From the NCBI GenBank assembly GCA_051599415.1, contig AP039715.1, forward strand, positions 372,001-436,000: a stretch of DNA of 64,000 bases, in the 5' to 3' direction. This DNA is from Savitreella phatthalungensis. Taxonomy: Eukaryota. Positions 42,292-51,546 of this stretch are shown here, piece after piece. Every line of letters starts with the position of its first letter. Within the stretch, counting starts at the first letter, position 1. The notes under the pieces were generated by a model. The model searched no databases. It saw nothing but the letters and a program-made list of their open reading frames with translations, and was not told where the DNA came from. The translations under genes and the position numbers were made by a program.

Positions 42292-43761
42292 CTACAAGAT
42301 GACACAACGTCGGTGTTTTCGCTTGCTTTTCTTCTTTGCGGTCTCTGCCTGAGGTATGGGAGGGACACGCGGTTTTCCATGCTGAAGTTGTGGTGTCTGA
42401 TTGTGGTGGCCGATATCATCAGCGTCCGCGGCTCCTTTCGTTGGTGGCCTGGGAGGCGTAACGAAAGAGGCGGAACCTGCAGATCCAAGCGCAGCGCGTT
42501 GTGCCCATGATGAGGCTTCCCATACTGCTGAGTCCCCGCGTGAATGTCCTCCGGCAGTCCTCGGCAAAAGTGAGTGCCGTGGCTTGTCTATCGGTGCCAT
42601 GCTATTTTCGTCATGATTATCGTAATGTCCTTCGTCGCATTCCCCATCTTCGTCATAGCTATCATCATTCCATGGAACGCTGTGCCGTGAAAGGGCTCGG
42701 CTGTGGTGCCTCCCATGCTCATGTGCATTGTTCCGTCCATCATGAGTCACAGCTGCAGGCTGCTGCATCCTTTCCCAGTGGCTATGTCGCCGCTTGCGCT
42801 CTGCCAGCTTCTCTTCACTTTGTTCGTAAAGAGGACGATCGATGCTAACGAAGTCGTAGCTCCCAGTATCATGTCGGCCATGTCGGTATTGACCTTCGTG
42901 TTCCCGAGCTGGAGACGTTTCGCGGTGTCGGCCATCGGTGTATCTGTGGGATGGATCGACATCTGCAACTCGGAGACCATGGACTTGTTGCTCAGCAGTA
43001 GCTCCTACCTCCTGATCATAGCCCGCTGACGAGAGATATCGCCGGTACCCGCCGCCGAGATAGGGCTCGTCGCTACTGGCATTTGAGGCGATGCGTCGGT
43101 CGAGGCCTTTGACCGGCATGCCAGAGCGAATCGGCATGTAGCTTCGACGGCGTCGGTGGAGGTACACTTTGGGAGCCAGCGATGCACGGATCGCGAGCTC
43201 AAAGACGTTGTCAACGCCATCATCGTTGCGTGCTGAAGCTTCTGCATAGCCGACGCATCCGGTAACCGTTGCGACCTTCTCACCTACGTCCTTTGTGATG
43301 ACGGTCTGGCCTTGTGCGCCGAGCATCTTGCTTACGAGAGGATTGTCGCGCAAATCGGTTTTGGTGGCGACCAGAACAACGGGCACCTTAGCGCCCAAGA
43401 AATGCCGCAGCTCCGGCAGCCACCTGTCAACAACGTTGTCGAGACTCGGTGGAGAATCAATAGCGAAGCAAAGTAGAACGACTGACGTGCCCGGATAGGT
43501 CAATGGCCTGAGACGATCAAACTCTTCCTGTCCAGCCGTGTCCCACAAGGACAGTCGTAAAGATTGTGAGGATGATTGACGTTGGCGTTGTTCGGGAGAT
43601 TTCTCGATCTGAATGTCGCCAGGAAGGTCAAGATCCTTGCAGGACGTCTCAAAGATGGTCGGCACGTACTGTGTGGGGAAGTCGCCTGTGCTGAAGCGGG
43701 CCAAGAGAGACGTCTTTCCGCAGCCTCCATCACCAACTACGACGAGCTTGCGCTCAATCAT
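42292..43761 (-). CDS. RHO4: Rho-family GTPase (Rho4-like) with a long insert before the polybasic-CAAX tail
   Basis: 'KLVVVGDGGCGKTS', 'YVPTIFE', 'LWDTAGQEEFDRLRPLTYP', 'TKTDLR', 'EASAR'; ends 'KKKSKRKHRRCVIL'. The Rho4 subfamily call is tentative. Confidence 0.85.
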   Translation of the reverse strand: MIERKLVVVGDGGCGKTSLLARFSTGDFPTQYVPTIFETSCKDLDLPGDIQIEKSPEQRQRQSSSQSLRLSLWDTAGQEEFDRLRPLTYPGTSVVLLCFAIDSPPSLDNVVDRWLPELRHFLGAKVPVVLVATKTDLRDNPLVSKMLGAQGQTVITKDVGEKVATVTGCVGYAEASARNDDGVDNVFELAIRASLAPKVYLHRRRRSYMPIRSGMPVKGLDRRIASNASSDEPYLGGGYRRYLSSAGYDQEVGATAEQQVHGLRVADVDPSHRYTDGRHRETSPAREHEGQYRHGRHDTGSYDFVSIDRPLYEQSEEKLAERKRRHSHWERMQQPAAVTHDGRNNAHEHGRHHSRALSRHSVPWNDDSYDEDGECDEGHYDNHDENSMAPIDKPRHSLLPRTAGGHSRGDSAVWEASSWAQRAALGSAGSASFVTPPRPPTKGAADADDIGHHNQTPQLQHGKPRVPPIPQAETAKKKSKRKHRRCVIL

Positions 43762-44889
43762 CCTTTTGTGTGCCTCACCGTGCCGGCAAAAGGGAATTGC
43801 TGATCACGTTGTCATCTGAATATGTTGTATAAGAATTGGGCGAGCGCTCAGACCTCTCTGTCCAGCTCACAATGTTGGCCAAATCTGGAGTGGAAATGGT
43901 GCGGCAAAATGAGCGTTGAGATTGCCGTTGTCACGCTCTGGTCGCGGAAAAAGAGACAAAGAGGCAGGACGTCAGCGATGACGATGATCTACTAGTCTGT
44001 CTTTAACTCTCCTGAACTCGGATCGTTTGGTTGAGAATGGAGAGTAGTGCTATAGTTACCAGCTGTGTATGAAGTGAGTGAGTGAGATTGATGCATCATC
44101 ATATCAATCTGATCAATCTCCCTCGTTGCCATGCAATGAATTCAGTATACAGTGCATGGATATGTGTGTGTGTTGTCTGTACGGTGAATGCTTGGATGCA
44201 TAGCTAGATGGATAGATGCATGTAGCTAGCCAGCTAGATCCATATTTGGAAGCGGCCTATCTCTTTGTCTCATTCATGATCGAACAATTGATCGATCGTA
44301 TGCATGTTGTTCAAATCGATCGTTCTTTCTTTAAGTATTGTAATGGTGATTATGGTCGAGAGTAAATGATTATACTTTCGATTGAGAGAATCACATCTAT
44401 CAGGATTGAACCACTCCCTCGAGATCCACTACGTACGTAGTTACTCATCCCAGTACACATATTATATGCACATACGGTCATCCATGCCAGGACGCGTCAA
44501 TCTATGCATATTTATCGATTAATCAATTCTGTGTATCAATTAAATACCTGCCAAGTTGATCATGCATCGATCGATCGAACGTATATGTGCGTATAATTTT
44601 ACGTACGTACTGTATGCTCGAGTAATTGAACGAACTGAATGCACAGCTAGTTGATCGCTGTCGAGTTCTTCCCTCAGAGGAAACTCCTGTTAATCGCCCA
44701 GCTGTGTACGACGACAGCCACATTCACTCCAGACGAATGACAGACCAGACAAGAGAAAGTGGCAGACAGACACGGTAGGCAGTTACACTTGCTCTTTACT
44801 TTGATACATGAGAGCCTGATGGAGCAAAGACATACGTAGGTCCGAGCTTGCGGCCAAACAACGCGTCAATTAGTAGTTCTTTTACCGAC

Positions 44890-46575
44890 ATGGCCTCATT
44901 TGCTGCCAGCAAGCTGAGCTATAGCGAGCATCAGGACAACGGCGATGCAGGCATCCTTGCGGGCCTCGCAGGCTCGTCACATTATCGAGCACGCATGTCC
45001 CCAGTACGTTACAAGATGAGATCAGTGCTACTTCCCTGGATTCAGAAGGAAACGCCGATCCTGGCAAAGCTGCAGAAGCGGTGTCGTAACACACCCATGG
45101 ACTTCTGGTTCGTCTATTCTGCAAATCTCGGCGGTCACACAGCATTCTTGACCATCCTTCCGATCCTCTTTTGGTTCTTCGGTGCCAAAGAGCCACACGC
45201 ATTCGTGGACATTCTGGCCGCCGGGGTCTTCTTCAGTAGCATGGTTAAGGACTGGTTCTGTCTGCCTAGGCCCCTGTCTCCACCTCTGCACCGTCTCAAC
45301 ATGTCCGGCAGCACAGGCCTGGAGTACGGGTTCTTGAGTTCACACTCTACCAACGCCGTCAGTGTCGCTTACTATTGCCTGGCTCTCATCTCCGAATCCC
45401 CCAGTCTTGCAGGCAATCGTAAGATCGTCTTACAGCTCGGGGTATGGCTGTACCTGGTCACGATTGTGTTTGGCAGGTTGTATTGCGGCATGCATGGCTT
45501 TCTCGACATCGGCTTCGGCTCAGTTCTTGGATACACTATTGCCAAGGTTCGCCACGTTTATGGAGATGAGCTAGTGACCTGGATGAACAGCAGCACCTTG
45601 ACTGGCATTTTCTGGCTCGTGATCACCATCGTCTTCCTGGTCCTGGTCTTCCCACAGCCAGCAGATCCGTGTCCTTGTTTTGACGATGGTGTCGCTTTTG
45701 CCGGAGTAGTCATTGGGATCAACATCTCTTTCTACCTGGGTAGAACGCTCCATTTGGTCGCGGATGGCCAAGGGGCAGCAACGGTGACGACCGATCTGAG
45801 CAAGATGTCATGGTTCGGCATCGTCCTGCGTACCGTTCTGGGAGTCAGCCTCGTGCTTGGGTGGAGGGCAATTGCAAAGCCAATACTTTTACAAGCATTG
45901 CCACCACTGTACCGCGGTCTCGGCAGGCTAGGCGTTGTCCTTCCGCGCAGAGGTTTTGCATCGGCGCTGCTCTACTCGCGCGTGCCAAAGGACTTGCCAG
46001 ACGAGTTCCTGCCTGACGTAAGACGAATCCCACAGGCTGTCGCTGGAGCGTTTTCAAAGCGCGCTCGCTCAGATTCCGTCGGCCCACAGTCTGCGGCCGA
46101 TGTACACGCTCAGGTCGAGCTTCGATCGCGCGTGGCTGCGGCTGCGCGAAAGGCATCCGCCGACCAGGCGAGCGCCGAGTATCCCGTCAGCGGCAGCCGA
46201 CCCGTGAGGCCAGGTCAAGGAAGGCCGAGGGCACACAGTAATCTGAGGCAGAGCGCAACTCCTTTTATCGAGAGCGACGAGGAAGACTTTATACACGACA
46301 TGGCTGAATCGGACTCTAAGCGCGACCTGCTGGCAGCGCATGCGGAAGCGCAGGATACCGCGTCGGGCAGCGAAGGTCGAGCGGGCCTGCCAGCTGAGGG
46401 TGAGGCTACTGAGGAAGAGACTGCATTGATTCAACGACCTCGGATGCGCTTTGATGTCGAGGTCTCCACGAAACTCGTCGTCTACGCAGGTGTCGGCTTC
46501 ACCGCTGTCACTGTAGTCCCGTTCGTGTCTCTCCACCTATTAGGAGACCCGGCTGCCGGCAACGCGTGGATTTGA
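44890..46575 (+). CDS. LCB3: Dihydrosphingosine-1-phosphate phosphatase (PAP2 family; Lcb3/Ysr3)
   Basis: 'KDWFCLPRPLSPPLHRL', 'EYGFLSSHSTNAVSV', 'GRLYCGMHGFLD', 'PADPCPCFDDGVAFAGV', 'RFDVEVSTKLVVYAG'. First ATG at 44890. Confidence 0.95.
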   Translation: MASFAASKLSYSEHQDNGDAGILAGLAGSSHYRARMSPVRYKMRSVLLPWIQKETPILAKLQKRCRNTPMDFWFVYSANLGGHTAFLTILPILFWFFGAKEPHAFVDILAAGVFFSSMVKDWFCLPRPLSPPLHRLNMSGSTGLEYGFLSSHSTNAVSVAYYCLALISESPSLAGNRKIVLQLGVWLYLVTIVFGRLYCGMHGFLDIGFGSVLGYTIAKVRHVYGDELVTWMNSSTLTGIFWLVITIVFLVLVFPQPADPCPCFDDGVAFAGVVIGINISFYLGRTLHLVADGQGAATVTTDLSKMSWFGIVLRTVLGVSLVLGWRAIAKPILLQALPPLYRGLGRLGVVLPRRGFASALLYSRVPKDLPDEFLPDVRRIPQAVAGAFSKRARSDSVGPQSAADVHAQVELRSRVAAAARKASADQASAEYPVSGSRPVRPGQGRPRAHSNLRQSATPFIESDEEDFIHDMAESDSKRDLLAAHAEAQDTASGSEGRAGLPAEGEATEEETALIQRPRMRFDVEVSTKLVVYAGVGFTAVTVVPFVSLHLLGDPAAGNAWI

Positions 46576-46695
46576 TTGAGATCACCGCGAACTCAACCGA
46601 TTTCACACTCCTGTTAAGGATGGCAACAAGGGCGGGAAGCTTGAAAATACTCATGACTATGCTACAATCCAGGTTGACCGGATGCGCCGGGCCCG

Positions 46696-48219
46696 TCAAG
46701 CCACGGCCTGTAGACATTTCCCGTACCAATGAAACTGTTGATCGTGCTGATGAGGATGCTGCAATTGGTAGTGACGATCGTGCGTTAGGCATTCGTGCTG
46801 ATCCTGATCCAGACTGACAGAGCTTACTCTTTCCTCCATGGTTCGCAAGGTGTGCGATTCGGTATGTGCAGACCGAGACAGTGGCGCTGTGCCACCGGCG
46901 ACCGACCTGCCGCGATCCTCAAGACAATCAGCATGAAATCGCATGTCCCTCTGTCTGTGCTGTTGCGAGTGTGCCTTGAGCCGGTTAGGCCTAGTGAATC
47001 GCCTATCTGCCCAAGAGCGTATCGTTTGAGTCGAAAGTCCCATTTCTTCAGCAAGAACGTATACTTGCAAAGCGAGTTTCTGGTCGTCTGTCTTGTTTGC
47101 CCATTGAAGCAGCCGCATTGCAGTCTTTTCATTCCACCTGCAATCCTTTCTCGAAGGCCGTGAAGTGGAGAAAGACAGCGTTTTGAGCTCGTCGGCGCCC
47201 ATCGTGAGCAAGATAATGGCGTGCCTCAGACCATGAGCTCGATGTCGTGGATCTTTATCCAGGTGACGCAAGTAGCCATCAAGCATGGACATATGCAAAT
47301 GTACATCTGGCCTGTTCCCTTCACCTCGCATCAGTTTCAAGTAGGTCTCGGCACGCTTGAGCTCACCAAAGTGTAGACAACCTTGAATAATAGCTTCGAA
47401 AGCCTCTTTACTGCGACGGACGGCATTCGCTCGACCAGTGCTGCTCGACTCTCTGCTGCCAGAAGGAGTTCGGCGCGAGCTCATAGACTTGGCCTTGCGG
47501 GCGATGCGCATGACCTGACAGAATTCGCGCTTCGCACTTGCCTGGACGCACAGCTTGAGAACGGCGATAATGGTGCATTCGTCGGGACGATATCCCAATC
47601 TTATCATGGCCAGGAATGAAGCCCATGCAGCAGCTTCGTGCCGCAACTTCGAGAGGCCCATGATGAGCGTAGCAAACGTGTGAACTGTCGGGATAGTGTC
47701 TGAGGCTCTCAATAATTCAGTCAAAGCATCGATCGCGATGTCGCTCTCTGCCGCTCTGAAAATTTCATGAATGAGTCCGTCTAAATCCGAGGATACGGAG
47801 CGTGTAGCCTGCGCCGAATGGGGCTCAGCAATTGCCTGTGTTGCAGATTCCGTACAACGAGGCAGGCGTGCAACGGCTTTGCAGTAAGCTTGCACTTTCT
47901 GCTGATACTCGGCGAGGCCTATCCCAACGAGGCTTTCGACGGTAGCATGCTTACTTTGCTGGAATTCTGTGCGGCCGACGAAGCGGAATCGAGGATCTGT
48001 AAGTCTCCAGTCGCCCAGCGTTTTGCTTCCGCACAAACGAGTGTCATCTGGCGCATTTGGGAGCTCATCTAATGCGTAGTGCTCTGGAGTACTCGATGCG
48101 GCTGCGGTTGAGGCCATGGCCACGACGCTGTATGCGCTGCTTATCAGAAGTGACGCTCCAGAAATCTTGTGTGCAAGCCCTGGATCGCGCATTTGGGCTC
48201 GCGCCGCCAATCGCAGCAT
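46696..48219 (-). CDS. Pentatricopeptide-repeat (PPR) protein, probably mitochondrial
   Basis: PPR-like units 'PTVHTFATLIMGLSK...AWASFLAMIRLGYRPDECTIIAVLKLC' and 'AFEAIIQGCLHFGELKRAETYLKLMRGEGNRPDVHLHMSMLDGY'; presequence-like start 'MLRLAARAQ'. Confidence 0.8.
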   Translation of the reverse strand: MLRLAARAQMRDPGLAHKISGASLLISSAYSVVAMASTAAASSTPEHYALDELPNAPDDTRLCGSKTLGDWRLTDPRFRFVGRTEFQQSKHATVESLVGIGLAEYQQKVQAYCKAVARLPRCTESATQAIAEPHSAQATRSVSSDLDGLIHEIFRAAESDIAIDALTELLRASDTIPTVHTFATLIMGLSKLRHEAAAWASFLAMIRLGYRPDECTIIAVLKLCVQASAKREFCQVMRIARKAKSMSSRRTPSGSRESSSTGRANAVRRSKEAFEAIIQGCLHFGELKRAETYLKLMRGEGNRPDVHLHMSMLDGYLRHLDKDPRHRAHGLRHAIILLTMGADELKTLSFSTSRPSRKDCRWNEKTAMRLLQWANKTDDQKLALQVYVLAEEMGLSTQTIRSWADRRFTRPNRLKAHSQQHRQRDMRFHADCLEDRGRSVAGGTAPLSRSAHTESHTLRTMEERVSSVSLDQDQHECLTHDRHYQLQHPHQHDQQFHWYGKCLQAVA

Positions 48220-50400
48220 TCTAGGTGGAGCAGCTTCGAGGTGGGATAGGGCTTACAACCGCATGTAAGTGCTTGTACGGCTGCGATCGCCAACGGTTGC
48301 TCGGTGTTGGTCAATCCTCAAGCTTTACGAACGAGTGACCTTGCAGCTCGAGATGCCTGGTATCAGGCTCTACTCGGTCGTCGTAGCGAACAAGTGAGCA
48401 GCACGTAGACAGACTGTGCGGACAGCAGAAAATTCAGGTCACGCAGTAACAGTGTGTGCTATTTTCGGTTGACACGTGATTCACCAAAGGCCGATGTTTC
48501 ATTACCGAAACTCACAAATGCACAGTTGACTTGAATATCTCAGATTTGTCACCCGGTCGAGAACACTGCCCGGGTTGGTCGATAGCGTTCACAATCACAA
48601 GCATGAACATTCATTGATCCATGGCGCATGCGTACAGACTTGTACAGGAGAACCAGGCGTGTAGACCGGGGGGTCTTAGTCGATCTGGCGGACAGCGTAT
48701 TCATATAGTCTCCGTGACTGTTGCAACAAGCGCCCCGGCATATTTTGACAAGTCGGCAGAGGCGTTACGGCGGGTCCAACACCGGGTACACCTGTGTCAA
48801 CGAAGCCGTCTGTACTTTGCTTTTGCAGACAATTGTTCATCACTCCTGTAATAGACACAAGCGTGATATACAGAAAAACGTCAAATGGAGTGTTGAAGCT
48901 GTCTTGCGGATGCGCTCCGAAAAGAAAATCACATGAATGATTCCGTCAAGTGCGTCGTTCGATCTCGACGCGTCACTGAATCTGTTGTTGCGCTGGCTTC
49001 CTCAAGCAGATGTGCTCCATTGAATATTGAATAATGAGGTGGCGAAGGAAATATGAAGCACCGATTCATTTGGACGAAGATTGTCACGAGCTCGACGTGC
49101 ACGCATTCCGGACGATTATTTCGACGAAATCATGATCGTCAGCAGTATACATGACTTATCGGGTCCGAACCATGGCAAATGGTCCTGCGCGATGCGGTCG
49201 TCCAGTAATGGCGACTTGCTAGTTTGGTCCCTGATTGTTCGCAAGATAATGCGTGTTTGCCGTTTCGAGGACCGGGGGTGATGCATCATTTGAAGCACAT
49301 CGGCCGCACGAATACTTGGAATTGCATCAAGATTAAAGAGATCGCCACCGGGAGACCAGTTCCTTGGAACGTTCGGGTTTGAGCTCACGCAATTGCGAAC
49401 CGCGAGCGCATGGACGAGCCGCAGTCGATCTCGATGCAATCAGCTTACACTTCGTCATTGTTATCACCGCTAGAAGGCTTGGCAACTTTACCAGTCCCAC
49501 ACACGAGCGACTACCACAACCTGCCTCAGCCAGTTGATCAAAAGCGCGCAATCGAAACTCGTCTGTGGCTTTGGCTCTGCGCACAACCAGCAGGCGGGAT
49601 CTTGTGAAGCGCTTATGAAGATAGACAGATAGACACTGAAAATTTGCAAGAGATTCTGAAGACGAAGATATCGACAGTGCCTTGCTTGGTCATTTGGTCG
49701 GCCACCAATACCTTCGTTTGTAGCATAGAAAATTGTAGTTATTTGATCGGATGTGGCCTGGTTCTCACAGCATAGCAAAAGACGTCAATTCTGCAGAAAC
49801 AGAACGAGCGAAGTCATGGTATGGATGATGGACAAATTCGCAATTAGACGCGTGGCTCGTGTAGTATGCAAATGCCTCATTGGTCACAGCTCATATCTGT
49901 TGAGCTGACATTAGCAGATTTGTCGCGGATTTGACCTCCGGATGCTGCGCTACACATCATCAAAGAGGTGTATTGACCACACTATCGCTCGTTGAATTTT
50001 GAGCAGCATGGTGCTCACTTGTTTTCGAGGGCCGGGAGCCATGAGAACAGTATCGCCTATGCGCACCCGTGTCAACATTTTCATTGTCCATACGGGTGGC
50101 ATCGAGCACACTGGCGCGGGCCGGTGGCGCCGTGATTAGCCACATCAAGCCACATTATTTACTGTTCGCCAGATGTCGAAAGCATTCGGGACGTGCATCT
50201 GATTTAGACATGGCATCGTGAAAGACAGACGCGATCCGTTGCGGGAACACAGAGTCATTCAGCCAGCTGGATGGACACCGCGGCGCCTCAGAAAGAGCAT
50301 TGCTAGCTTACCCTCTCGATCGGATTGCGCGACTCAGCACTGACACTGAGCTGATGTCAGAGCTCGTTTGAGCGAGTCGATCTGTGTGGTAAACTCGATC

Positions 50401-51546
50401 ATGGATGGCTTCGAAACTCTGCGTGAACCACAGATCAGTGATGCCGTCAAGCGCATTGACAGAGCCGCTAAATTGGAGCAATCTTCTGTGCATGGCCTTG
50501 AGACTGATCCAGCGCTGCTTGTGCTGATCATTGACACCTGTCCGTCGGCGTGGCAGCTGGTCAGTGGTCAGTTGTCTTTTGCTCAAGCGCTGGGTGCAAT
50601 CTTGGTCTTTCTCAATGCTCATCTGTCACTGAGTGCAGTGAACCGCACAGCTGTAATCGCGTCTCATACGGACTCCGCGAGATGGTTATATCCGCGGCGT
50701 AGTCGTAAACGTGTGCGGCCACAGACTCTGGCTGATAATGGCAGCTTTATCAATGTCGATCGTGCCGCAAATGGTTATCGACCGTTCATTGAGTTACAGG
50801 ACGAGGTAACGATGGGACTGAGGCGACTCTTTGCCGAGGATCAAGGGGCTGTCGGCGACGACGAAATGAAAACCAGTGGCGCCTCATCGTCCTTGATGTC
50901 AGGAGCGATTTCGATGGCCCTCTCTTTCATTAACCGCGCGTCGATGGATACCGAGGGAGAAGCGAGCGGCGACAGCACCATGTCATCAGTACCACAAGCG
51001 CGCAGTGGCCATACACAACCAGGGCGTGCGGAAGGCGTGTCGCAGGTCAAGTCTCGAATCATGATCTTATCTGCATCGAGTGATCTAGCTTTGCAATACA
51101 TTCCTATGATGAATTGCATCTTCGCAGCGCAAAAGAAACGCGTGGCTATTGATGTTTGCAAGATTGGCGTCAACGCCGCGTTCCTTCAGCAAGCCAGTGA
51201 TGCAACCCGAGGCGTTTATCAGCAGCTTGCCTCCCCGTCTCCTACGGTGCTTCTCCAGTATCTGATGGCGCTCTATCTCCCCGATCAGAGCTTACGCAGG
51301 TGGCTGATGCTGCCGAGCCAGGCCAATGTCGACTTCAGGGCCGCATGTTTTTGCCATAAGAAAGTGCTCGATATTGGATTTGTCTGCTCAGTATGTCTGT
51401 CGATCTTCTGTCAAGCGTACGCAAAGTGTATGACTTGCGATGCTGAATTCGATCTCGACGAGATGATGGTCTTTGGCAAGAAGCCAGCAGTTGCCGCTGC
51501 TGCAAAGAAGTCTCGAACCGCCGACCTGTCCGGAAGTGATATTTAA
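50401..51546 (+). CDS. TFB4: TFIIH subunit p34 (Tfb4)
   Basis: vWA-like 'LLVLIIDTCP', 'FLNAHL', 'QYIPMMNCIFAAQK', 'FLQQASDATRGVY'; Zn motif 'VDFRAACFCHKKVLDIGFVCSVCLSIFC...CMTC'. First ATG at 50401. Confidence 0.96.
   Translation: MDGFETLREPQISDAVKRIDRAAKLEQSSVHGLETDPALLVLIIDTCPSAWQLVSGQLSFAQALGAILVFLNAHLSLSAVNRTAVIASHTDSARWLYPRRSRKRVRPQTLADNGSFINVDRAANGYRPFIELQDEVTMGLRRLFAEDQGAVGDDEMKTSGASSSLMSGAISMALSFINRASMDTEGEASGDSTMSSVPQARSGHTQPGRAEGVSQVKSRIMILSASSDLALQYIPMMNCIFAAQKKRVAIDVCKIGVNAAFLQQASDATRGVYQQLASPSPTVLLQYLMALYLPDQSLRRWLMLPSQANVDFRAACFCHKKVLDIGFVCSVCLSIFCQAYAKCMTCDAEFDLDEMMVFGKKPAVAAAAKKSRTADLSGSDI

Noticed and set aside
44395..44420. GGTTCAATCC T-loop-like sequence on the minus strand (also GGTTCGATT near 40125)
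   Set aside because: The flanks cannot form a T stem or a cloverleaf, so it is not a tRNA.
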